Shown here: positions 49,336 to 58,880 of the stretch, piece by piece
Layout: each line of letters opens with the position of its first letter
Position numbering within the stretch: the first letter of the stretch is position 1
Source of the DNA: a virus
Lineage: Duplodnaviria; Heunggongvirae; Uroviricota; Caudoviricetes
Length of the DNA stretch: 64,000 nt
IMG/VR virus record: IMGVR_UViG_3300028422_000873
Direction: 5' to 3' (one strand)
Notes under the pieces: model-generated
The model's database searches: none
Told to the model about the DNA's origin: nothing
What the model saw: only the letters and a program-made list of their open reading frames with translations
Program-made: the position numbers and the translations under genes

Positions 49336-49931
49336 TCACTCCTATGCTTATCCATTATTTCTTGAATAGCATCGTCTATAGCAAGACCCATTCTAGCATT
49401 AATATCCATTAATGTTAAAGTCATATCTAATTTTTTACCAGGATGTACCCATTTTGTACTAGCATCTTGTTTACTAGAGGCTGTTCTAAAATCGACATTC
49501 CCAACATCATCCTTTCCAGTTTTTCTAGTAGCATTAATCTGTCTCATTGCTTCAACAGTCGTTAGTGCTTTCTTTTTTTGTTTAAGAGGTATTACTTTAT
49601 ATAAGGATCCATCTTTTGCTACTTTAGCATTTTTTAATAACTTTGGTAGCATAGGAAATGGTGGTGTAGAAAAGTCAGTTTTCCCTGAATCTGTGGTTAT
49701 CTCATAACTAGATCCAAATTTTGTCATTCTTAATTGTTCAACAAAATCTTCTATACCTTCCGCAACACCTTCTTTTTTAGCCTCTTGCATATACTGCTCA
49801 ATTATATTATCGACTCTTTGTAATATCTCCCTATGAGCTTCCTTACAAATAATAGATATAATGTTCTCAGGTCTACCTCGCAACCTCAGATCTTGTCTGA
49901 ATTTATCAATTTCCATGGTTGCATCTAACAT
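49326..49931 (-). CDS. neck / head-completion protein
   Basis: FRTASSKQDASTKWVHPG motif typical of neck genes; position. Confidence 0.55.
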   Translation of the reverse strand: MLDATMEIDKFRQDLRLRGRPENIISIICKEAHREILQRVDNIIEQYMQEAKKEGVAEGIEDFVEQLRMTKFGSSYEITTDSGKTDFSTPPFPMLPKLLKNAKVAKDGSLYKVIPLKQKKKALTTVEAMRQINATRKTGKDDVGNVDFRTASSKQDASTKWVHPGKKLDMTLTLMDINARMGLAIDDAIQEIMDKHRSDWV

Positions 49932-51425
49932 TTATTTCTTCTTTTTAACCACTTTTGCTTTTAAGTCATTTAAGAAGTTTTGTTTATCGTAATTATTCCA
50001 TTCTTGTCCAAAAACAATACGTATTCTTCCGTTTGGCTCTATAATGACCTGTGGTTTTGACATATACATATATTCATTATTGTAGACTGTTTCTGGATTA
50101 GCTGGATTAGCTGAATAAGCCTCTACTACTTCTGGTTCACGGCTCATCGATTCAACTTTATTTTGCAGTTCCAGTAATTTAGCTTCCAACATCTCTAATT
50201 CATTACCTGTATCATGACACAACTTATTATGTTGTGCAGCTATCTCATGACTAAATTGCTCTAACTTATCAAATAACTTAATTATTCGACCTTCGACTTC
50301 ACTGATATCTATGGCATTACCATGACGAATTTCAGTTCTCATGTTTTCCATCTCAGTATAAATATTAGCTAGGTTATGACGCTTATAATTATCTACTAGT
50401 TGATGTAATCCACCCTCTATAGTATTATCTGATAAATGTTCTTCACTTAATACTTGTAGTTCAGGTTCATCTTCTGGCATATACCATTCAAAGACACTCA
50501 TAATATCAGCGGTTAACATAGGAAGTGATTTATGAGAGAATTGATGAATTACTTTTTGACCATCTGATACTCGACCTGAGTACATATCGTTGACATGTTT
50601 TCTAATACTTAATATGTAACCATCAAGCTTAATATCTCTAAACTCTTCATCTTCCATATCAGATACAGCATCCCTAAGCATTCTGAAAGCACCATTGCCA
50701 ATCAAACGCAACGCATCACCATGACTTATATCAAATACGGCATCACGTCCATCAGGGCCTCTTAGTATATTTTTCTCTAATTTCTCTTTTGCTACTAAAT
50801 ATTTTAATGAACTTTTTTTGACCATACAGTGATGTGAGTTGAGATAAGCTTCAATACCCTTTAACGAGCAGTGACGTAGACGAGTGTCATCAATTAATAT
50901 ATGAGGTTCAATAAACTTCCAGTTCTTCATCTCTTTTGTGTTCTTAATCTTCCCCTTATAATCACGACATACGAATGTTTTGGAGTCATTCATCTGCGAT
51001 CTAAAAGAGCCAACTTCAAACATCTCACCACACACGATTCCTGCTTCTTCTCTAGTTTCTCTATGTGCTGCCTCTTCAAAAGTTTCTCCCGGATCAACGT
51101 GTCCACCTGGTGTACCTAATCTTCCACTTTCTGTACACTCTCCAACTAAGATTCTTCCTTTATTATCTACGACTATAACTCCAGCGCCCTGTCCACGATA
51201 AAATTGTTCAAAACTTTTTTTTACATCTTTTTTCTTCTTTTTCTTATCTTTTTTCCATGAACCTCCACGATCGTTGTTTTTGGATTCTGGTGCACCACTA
51301 TCTGGTGCAGAATATTTAGCAGCAACACTCTTTGGTGGTCTACCACGAGCATGATCTTTTGACTCTTTACCATGAAGGATAGCCATCATCATTCTGTATT
51401 GACGTTTAGATGCAGCTTTTGGCAT
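49932..51425 (-). CDS. multidomain protein with Nudix hydrolase domain in the head-neck module
   Basis: Nudix box GGHVDPGETFEEAAHRETREEAGI; start MPKAAS at 51425 with GGAG SD. Confidence 0.85.
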   Translation of the reverse strand: MPKAASKRQYRMMMAILHGKESKDHARGRPPKSVAAKYSAPDSGAPESKNNDRGGSWKKDKKKKKKDVKKSFEQFYRGQGAGVIVVDNKGRILVGECTESGRLGTPGGHVDPGETFEEAAHRETREEAGIVCGEMFEVGSFRSQMNDSKTFVCRDYKGKIKNTKEMKNWKFIEPHILIDDTRLRHCSLKGIEAYLNSHHCMVKKSSLKYLVAKEKLEKNILRGPDGRDAVFDISHGDALRLIGNGAFRMLRDAVSDMEDEEFRDIKLDGYILSIRKHVNDMYSGRVSDGQKVIHQFSHKSLPMLTADIMSVFEWYMPEDEPELQVLSEEHLSDNTIEGGLHQLVDNYKRHNLANIYTEMENMRTEIRHGNAIDISEVEGRIIKLFDKLEQFSHEIAAQHNKLCHDTGNELEMLEAKLLELQNKVESMSREPEVVEAYSANPANPETVYNNEYMYMSKPQVIIEPNGRIRIVFGQEWNNYDKQNFLNDLKAKVVKKKK

Positions 51426-51478
51426 ATAAATCTCCATTATTTTAAGTTGTACTCTTATATTGTATCAGTTATAACTAG

Positions 51479-52288
51479 TTAACTCTGTTCTTCTGCTTGC
51501 ATAAGAAAATCTCTCTTAACCAATACTTGCTGTGGAAGTCTTCTAGCTATTTTCTCACCTGTTGCAATATTATATTCTTGAGTAACCCTCATTTCATGCA
51601 TTACATTTTGCACAGTATATACTGGATTCGTAGTATAAGTTATTGATATTACTTCACCAATATCATTTAATTCATCATATTGAGGTTCAATAAGCCAATG
51701 AATATCACCATCTGAAGTGATCTCATAATCAGTATCTTCTATATATTCATATAACGACCCATTTACAACTGCAGTCATGTAATCTATACAAACAATCGGG
51801 TATCTTAATCTAGTGATTTTATTAGTGCTTGATTTATATTCTATTAGGTCATTCAATCTAACTTCAAAATCAGGACAATAGAGTTGATCGAATGTGCTAA
51901 AGTCAGCCTGTTGACCATTATTATATTCTGCTGGGAAAGTTATCACTGCTGTACCGATTTCCCACACTCCTTGAACTTCAAACATTTTCTCAAGTGAATT
52001 AGAAGTAAATGCACCCCAAATTTCTCTTTGATCTGACGTTCCGGGGAATGTATCGTGGTATATCATTTGAGAGTTATCACAAAAAGGACAGTCAGGTGTA
52101 TGATTATTTTCATGTAAACCCTTCATATTTGGACATGGAGCAGCCACTCTATGTATGAAGCGAATTCCTCTGTTATTTAATAGTTGATCCCAGGCAGCAC
52201 CACGTATACTTGGATCAGCAATCTCATACGGCATAGGTGAAGGTGTCGATCTGCTGGATTTATTATATTGTTGACTAGGTTTCTTCAT
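51479..52288 (-). CDS. neck / head-tail adaptor protein
   Basis: APCP...CPFCD Cys motif, ISITYTTNPVYTV..VMHEMR; first gene of the late transcript. Confidence 0.6.
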   Translation of the reverse strand: MKKPSQQYNKSSRSTPSPMPYEIADPSIRGAAWDQLLNNRGIRFIHRVAAPCPNMKGLHENNHTPDCPFCDNSQMIYHDTFPGTSDQREIWGAFTSNSLEKMFEVQGVWEIGTAVITFPAEYNNGQQADFSTFDQLYCPDFEVRLNDLIEYKSSTNKITRLRYPIVCIDYMTAVVNGSLYEYIEDTDYEITSDGDIHWLIEPQYDELNDIGEVISITYTTNPVYTVQNVMHEMRVTQEYNIATGEKIARRLPQQVLVKRDFLMQAEEQS

Positions 52289-52309
52289 AGTAACTCCTTA
52301 ATACTATTA

Positions 52310-52368
52310 ATTATACCAAATTTCAACTTATCATTTATTTAACTATGATCTTTATTTATCGGTATAAT
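52310..52368. promoter_or_regulatory. divergent -10 promoter pair at the late/early boundary
   Basis: TGGTATAAT on minus (52310-52318) and CGGTATAAT on plus (52360-52368). Confidence 0.7.
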
Positions 52369-52374
52369 TAGAAT

Positions 52375-52746
52375 ATGAATCAGAAAAATGATATAATACA
52401 TAAAGAAGATGAATCAACTCAAGGCGATGAAATCATGACCTGTTCTTTATCAAAAAAAGCAATACTACAGAAAATCATTAAAGAGGAAGGAAGTTGCGAG
52501 TGGATAATTGATGAATATTCTAATCAAGATATCTGCCACCTATGTCCTTTTAATACCTTAAAGAAAAAAGATAAATTTAATTTCTTCTGCTGTTATGAAG
52601 CCGTTAATGGTACAGCTCAACCAACAGAGGAAGAAGCAAATCGGAAATATAAAGAGACTGCTATACAACTATTAATAGATATGATAGTTGAAGAAGAAGT
52701 TTTAGGTAAAGATTCCGAAGACTTTGAGAGCGTATCGTATGAGTGA
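52375..52746 (+). CDS. Cys-rich family protein
   Basis: GSC...CHLCPF...CC; tail EEEVLG; leaderless. Confidence 0.75.
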   Translation: MNQKNDIIHKEDESTQGDEIMTCSLSKKAILQKIIKEEGSCEWIIDEYSNQDICHLCPFNTLKKKDKFNFFCCYEAVNGTAQPTEEEANRKYKETAIQLLIDMIVEEEVLGKDSEDFESVSYE

Positions 52747-52972
52747 AAAAGACATAGAGTTACTTGAAGAGATCGTTAATAAAAAAGGCGATTGTCTGAA
52801 TAGACGCCTATGTGAGAGATGTCCCTTTAGGCGTAAATGCTTACCAACTTTTCTAGATAGAACAACTAGAGTAACAAAAGCAGAACGCATGATTTTAGCA
52901 TTAGAAACTATTACGAACGCTATGTTGTTTGACGAGGATAGCGATGGTGAATATTTCGACAACAGAAGTTGA
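52724..52972 (+). CDS. Cys-rich family protein
   Basis: DIELLEEIVNKKGDC...CERCPF..C; tail NAMLFDE. Confidence 0.75.
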   Translation: MRAYRMSEKDIELLEEIVNKKGDCLNRRLCERCPFRRKCLPTFLDRTTRVTKAERMILALETITNAMLFDEDSDGEYFDNRS

Positions 52973-55900
52973 TCCTTGGGCGCCTCATGTTCAAGATATG
53001 TGGTTCACAATACAACTGCTATGTGTTCTTCATAAACTATGCCACATAGAAATGAAAAAACATGGGCCTATTAGTAAGTATTGATTCTGTATCAGCACAT
53101 CATATGTATAATATAATGCGTATACTGATTGTAATAGGTATATCCAACTACAGTAAAAACGATTCTTATTTTTTATCAGAAACATTTAAAATTCGACTCA
53201 TAGACTTTATAACTACACCAAGAGATGAATACTCCAAAGAATTCAGTTGGTATATTAAGTTTAGTAAAATAAATACATGACGTATTTAATCAATAAAGAA
53301 GATATACATATGTTCTTCAATGATCCGCGATATAGTTGCATTTGTAGATTAATGGATTTCTTATTATATCCACTCGATATCGTCGATGAGTCTTATATAG
53401 AGAATACTAGCATAAGAGATTTCATAATGCGAGTAGATAACAATGATCTATAATCCAAATTACTATCTTATAGATGATTTCATAGACATATTATGGCGCT
53501 TAAATATAGTTCATTGTAAATATACATATCACAATGAAGATCAAGAATTGATATGGATTGATGATAATATTTTTTATTTAAAAATTTTGGAATATTATGA
53601 AAGAATGGCAATACAGCAGAGAAAGAAAAAGAGTATCTTTTCAAGATTCGTTAAGAACGTGCAGGGAATTATGGCGCGTATTAGCTAAATTAGAAGTCGG
53701 CTACGACTGGACACCATCTAGTTGGAATAATATACCTATACCCGTTGTTCCATTTGATGTGTGGATATATTTAAGCAGGTACACTCGTAGACATTGGTGG
53801 AGAGGTAATCAGTATAATATCCCAGATCGTATAATAGAAAAATTTTATAACGGAGAACTTTAATAAAATGAAGTTTGAAGATCTAAGAGTAGTTAATATG
53901 GAAGGATTATTTGCTCTTGATAGTACTATTCAGTTATTTAGAACCCTATCAAGATTAAACTTATTTCCTATTGGGGCAACTCGCTTTACAAAACATTTTT
54001 TAAATTATGTGGTAAAACATGGACACGATAGATTATTTAGAGACTAACAGTGATCTCACAGATAGCTTACTTAATTTAAGAATTAAAAGCACAATGAGAA
54101 AATTAGGTATATTACCTCATAGGTTAACACTGGTAGAGATGCTTGAGGAAATGGATGTCGCGTGGCAGGGATGCGTATCACGGGGATTCACATTTAATAG
54201 AACAATAAAAATCGAGAGCAATAATGAATAGAAGATCACTTCTTTCACCACGATGGTGTCACACCAAAGACATGACATCGGCATGGAATTCCTGCATAAT
54301 GTTATTAGATACTTTTAGACTTCTAGATGTAGATACTGCACTTATTAATCCCAGCAAGATATACATATATAAATTTTGGGATGCCAATGCTGAGTGAGTT
54401 TCAGATACAGATTATAAGAGAACAAATTAAATCTTGCGACGGTTTATATATCGGCGATAGACCACTTTGTTGTTTTTCACACTTATTAGGTGTATTACGT
54501 ATTCTAGAAGTTGCCGCTCTTATCTTGTACTTTACCGATGTGATGGCCTTTGTTGATAGATATGCCGATAAGCCTCTTATCCCCGAAAAAAGCCCCCGGG
54601 GTAAAAAGAAGTAAAAAAAGAAGTAACCATGAGATCAGTAGCCAGCAAAAACTATAACATAGCAATAAGATTATTCTTAACGTGTGATCTGTTAGATCTA
54701 ATGCCCGAGTCATGGACTAACCTAGACGTTGGTGACTACTGTGCCATAGCTTTCAAAGATCATCCATATCAGACTCAATACGTTAAATCGTACAACAGCG
54801 TATTTGATCTGATATATAGCATGAATAAATTAGATATAAGTCTATCAAGTTGCTCATTATTTTACCTATGGAAATTTACGAAGAACCACTGGAGCTATCA
54901 TGAGTAACACCACTCCTCACGCTAATAAAGTCGATACCTCAAACGTCTATCTAACCTTATTTCTCATGAACATGTTCGACACTATGGCCAAACTAGGTTT
55001 GTGCGACGAATGGATGGATATCATACTATTCATGCGAATGATAGGTCGATACAGAAAACTTGGACTAGTCTATGACCAACCCAGTAAACAGATAGCTTTT
55101 GTAGAATAATAACACGGAGGTTATCATGATCACGATCAGAGGCAGCTCGGTAAGATGGTACGACTCATGGTGTATATTAAGAAATCTGCACAGTATGTTG
55201 TGTAGACTCGACGTATATATCTACGTACAACCCGGTTATGTATACCGCTGGGATCCCGAGCTGGATACTGATCTGGACGACAGGGAGCACAATGAGAACT
55301 GATGATCTAATGTTACACATGTTGAAGTTACTATATAGATTAGAGATTTTGAGTATCAATAACTTAAAGAATATGTGTTGCTGGAGTGAAGAGTGGCTCT
55401 AGTAGATCTATTGAATCAACTAACCGAAGAGAAAATACAAGCACTCTGTATAAGATACAAGATGTTTCAGATGCTGGAACGACTGAGGGTAAACGTATGG
55501 AGATAAACTACCATAGATATCTAGAAAACACATACGTGCTGATGAGAATGCTGTGGAAGTTCGGCATAAACAGCGATGCTATATACTCGTGGGACAACAT
55601 ACCAATGGCCTCAGTCAGACTGTACGAGTACGTGGACGAGTGGGGAGAATACTATGATCGATAATCAGTACAAGTCTCTTGAAACAGCAGAGATCATGAA
55701 AGTCTACGCGATACTCATGACTCTGCGTAAGTTGGAGATATACAGCTGGACGTTCAGTTTAGTAGACGCTCTCAAAGAGAGAAATAAGATCTACGACTTC
55801 ATTAAAGTGTGGGGGTGGGATGGAATCGCATATTGATAGAAGAGTAAAGACGATCAAGTCCTTCAGGTGGCTTACCATGACATTAGAGAAACTCGGCGTG

Positions 55901-57606
55901 ATGAACTACATGGGATTATTGGCCTGCAAGGGATACATGGATAGGCACTATGACATATGATTACATGGTAAACTGCATATGCGATATTTTTAAACTGCTG
56001 CGACTGATGGGCGTGCCGACGGATTACTGGATATGGAATGATGGCGTGGAAACCGTGATAGAGGTATATATCACCGACGTCTACGATTTTATAGATGCGT
56101 GGGGTGGTGATGGCGACTAACCCTGTTGTTAATAGAATGTTGAACATAATAAACATAATGTTCATGATGGAAAGGCTATGCAACTGCGACTATCCTGGAT
56201 TTCGTAGCTGCAGAGATTATGCAATGAGGTGGTACGATGAACTCAAATAGAGATAATCAATGATTCTTGCAGCTACGATGTTCGACAGTGACGACTATAA
56301 GGCAATAGATAGATTGATAACGATGTTGATCAAATTAGATGTGGTTAAGTGGGATTGGGATTACGGTCTACTTGAACCGTGGGAATACGTGCTCAGATGG
56401 GGAACAGTGGAGAAGCAAGAGATTATTTTAGAGCAATTATGAGAGCAGTATATGTAAACGGACGTGGAACAACGATGTACGAGGATGACGTGATCGAGCA
56501 CATGATGTGGACAGTGATGAAACTGGGATTAGCAGGGACCGAGTGGTGGCTAATGTACCCGATGGCGTACGACGATGAATAGCATAGAGAAAGTCATTGA
56601 TAGCGGGAGTTACAGGAGTTTGATTGCATTTGTTATGGCGCTGCTGCATCTGGGTATTATCGATATGCATTATGCGGTTAGTATGGCAGACATGGATTTT
56701 GTGGTGAACTACGGGTTGGGAGACACGAGTGAGTAGGAAGAATCTGGTGATGATGTATTTCGATATATGGGTGATGATGGATAAGTTGGACATAGCATCT
56801 GGGTATTTTAGGAAAAGTAAGTTGTACATGTATGATTATTACGTGCGAGAGTGGGCGGCTGACGATGATTGATGAAAACTCGATTTTTAAAAGTCGTAGT
56901 TATAGGGTGCTCGACGCAATGATGTTGATGATGTACAGGTTGTACATAGTTGATACTAGATGGTATCTTGATACGTATTCTATGTATTTTGTTAGGCGGT
57001 GGGGAAATGAGTGAGGATGGTTCATATGTGGTGCTCAAGTTGGTGTGGATGTTAAGCTATTTAGAAATAATTAAGAAGCGCAAGATACAGAAGAGAGCAG
57101 GATATTATTATGCGCCGGGTATTAGTCCGATAGCTGTTATGAGATTTGTGAGAAAGCATGGAAAATAAGGGCAGAGATACAGTGTTTGATTTGGTGTGGA
57201 CGTTGCATAGGTTGAATATAGGGACTGTAAGATGGGTAGAAGCAGGATATTGTTTGCCGAGTATTACGGTTGATATATTGAGAGCATTTGTGAGCAGACA
57301 TGGGTAGTGAGAAAGTTGATTCTATTTGGGTGATGATCAAGATGTTGAGTAAGTTGGACTTGGATATGAGTGAGTGGTTCAGTTATCATTGGAATCTCGG
57401 TGAATTTGCATCTAGTAAGTTTTGGAGTTTTGTGAGGAAGATAGATGTGTGCGATTAGAAGCGAAGATATAGCATATGAATTGGTGAGAATTCTATGGAT
57501 GTTAGATATCGATGATAGATATTGGGTGAGTCAAAGTGGATATTATGTAGGACATATTCCTACTAGTGTTATAGTAGAGTTCGCTAATAAATATAAAATC
57601 AAATAG
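52944..57606 (+). repeat. tandem array of 28 paralogous mini-ORFs (36-92 aa)
   Basis: Manually translated, mostly overlapping ORFs: 52944-53084, 53062-53280, 53277-53453, 53443-53688, 53597-53863, 53868-54047, 54019-54231, 54224-54397, 54381-54614, 54629-54907, 54900-55109, 55126-55302, 55292-55402, 55393-55506, 55497-55664, 55654-55836, 55820-55960, 55950-56120, 56110-56250, 56260-56442, 56439-56582, 56575-56736, 56729-56872, 56865-57014, 57007-57168, 57158-57307, 57300-57458, 57445-57606; shared (T/M/I/V)L-x-(K/R)-L-(G/D/E/N)-(I/V/L) core. Confidence 0.8.
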
Positions 57607-57746
57607 TTAGATCAACTAAAAAACAATGAAAATTCTAGGTATATAAAAAATAGGGTACATGTACATTGTGTTTTCAACTATATAGGTACAAAGGCACTGG
57701 GCCCCTTTATATGGTAGGGCCATAGTTTTTGTGGTACCTGTACCGA

Positions 57747-57805
57747 CCGACTCGAAGTAAGGTTCATACTTACCGAGGCTAGCGGGTGCCTTTGACCGAC
57801 TCGAT
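57747..57805 (+). promoter_or_regulatory. two CCGACTCGA motifs (putative early promoter element)
   Basis: CCGACTCGAA 57747-57756 and CCGACTCGAT 57796-57805, upstream of a GGAGGT-led ORF. Confidence 0.55.
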
Positions 57806-57835
57806 AAGAACTCAACAACTTAATCGGAGGTCGAT

Positions 57836-57931
57836 ATGATCGCTGTCATCATTACTGTACTGTACCGACTCAGACAAAGACGACAGACTCGATTCCCTCC
57901 CTTAACTGGGAAGGATAAACAAGGGGGTTAA
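57836..57931 (+). CDS. 31-aa hydrophobic/basic peptide
   Basis: MIAVIITVLYRLRQRRQTRF...; GGAGGT SD. Confidence 0.55.
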   Translation: MIAVIITVLYRLRQRRQTRFPPLTGKDKQGG

Positions 57932-57932
57932 C

Positions 57933-58121
57933 ATGAACGGTAAGACTTTTACCCGGACTCAGTTGATCAACCACGAACAGGGGACGATGGATCTCAACGG
58001 TGAAGACGTGGCTCTCGCCATTCAGGTAATGGATAGGGACGGGGACAACGTCGCCCACTTCGGCGTCAACGGTCATTTCCTGTACAGCGAGTTCAATCCC
58101 GCGTACGAGGTGATGCAATGA
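57933..58121 (+). CDS. hypothetical early protein
   Basis: 62 aa; AGGGGG SD; C-rich third codon positions. Confidence 0.7.
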   Translation: MNGKTFTRTQLINHEQGTMDLNGEDVALAIQVMDRDGDNVAHFGVNGHFLYSEFNPAYEVMQ

Positions 58122-58309
58122 GACGCGAGTGGTTCAGGGAGTATTACTGGGGTCCGATGTTCGTTACATGGATCGCTGTTCCTAGTAACATGCAGAGCAG
58201 GGGAGACAGACCCGACAGGCGAAGGATGAGGACTATGAGTAAGAGAGGGAGACAGGTGTGTCGCAGCATCCGTCAACCCAAGAGAGGAAGGGGGAACAGA
58301 ATAGATTAA
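58118..58309 (+). CDS. Arg-rich hypothetical protein
   Basis: ATGA overlap with the previous ORF. Confidence 0.45.
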   Translation: MRREWFREYYWGPMFVTWIAVPSNMQSRGDRPDRRRMRTMSKRGRQVCRSIRQPKRGRGNRID

Positions 58310-58313
58310 GAAC

Positions 58314-58492
58314 AGTGGTCTCTAATGGCAGAGCTAAGTTTACCTCACTGAGGGGTAAAACCACTCTATCACTGGCCGTCGCGAGCCATGTGCGATAGTA
58401 AGAGCGACCACGTAATATTGCCGGTTAGATAGGGGAGTGATGCCACTTTAGTCGTAAGTCCTTCGGGCAAACGGTCTCGCTGCTCTCCTATT
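58314..58492 (+). ncRNA. candidate structured non-coding RNA
   Basis: AGTGGT/ACCACT stem enclosing CTCT/AGAG and TTTACCTC/GGGGTAAA hairpins; ATAGGGGAG/CTCTCCTAT stem; cTTCGg loop; no ORF. Confidence 0.4.
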
Positions 58493-58494
58493 TT

Positions 58495-58536
58495 AACTGA
58501 CACTGCTACGCCTAACAGAGCTACAACCGATTCGAT
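58495..58536 (+). promoter_or_regulatory. bipartite repeat element, copy 1
   Basis: AACTGACACTGCTACGCC + 14 nt + CCGATTCGAT. Confidence 0.7.
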
Positions 58537-58693
58537 ACTATACTATCAACATAACAAATATAAGTTATGTTACTTTAGTCTGTTAAGACAAGAGCGGGCA
58601 TCTATGACTATGCGTCCGGTGGATATCTGTGATCACCTAAAATGCCACAGTAGTCGGGTGGTGGGACGAGAAGTCCCACTGCGTGCACCTTTT

Positions 58694-58745
58694 AACTGAC
58701 ACTGCTACGCCCGCGACCGACTCTGTGTAACTGAACCGATTCGAT
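58694..58745 (+). promoter_or_regulatory. bipartite repeat element, copy 2
   Basis: AACTGACACTGCTACGCC + 24 nt + CCGATTCGAT; further CCGACTCGAT at 58789 and 58835. Confidence 0.7.
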
Positions 58746-58880
58746 ATAAAGTCAACAACAAAATAAGTTAAATAAAATAACTTATTAACCGACTCGATGA
58801 GTCAACAACATTAAAAAACATTGGTAGTTAATAACCGACTCGATTATGTACTACCAACCAAGCAAACGAAGGGGGTTTGT

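Noticed and set aside
52944-57606. Diversity-generating retroelement explaining the mini-gene array
   Set aside because: No reverse transcriptase or template/variable repeat pair with adenine-specific differences is visible in the window.
57597-57609. IHF consensus at the end of the array (also at 55354 and 61625)
   Set aside because: A rough estimate gives several chance matches per strand in AT-rich DNA of this length, so these are not significant alone.
58314-58365. tRNA-like cloverleaf
   Set aside because: Only two internal hairpins, no TTC-type T loop, and too short.
58495-58540. TGACACTGCT resembling the twister ribozyme UAACACUGCC segment
   Set aside because: The downstream conserved twister core (GGUCCCAAGCCC-like loop and pseudoknot partners) is absent in all copies.
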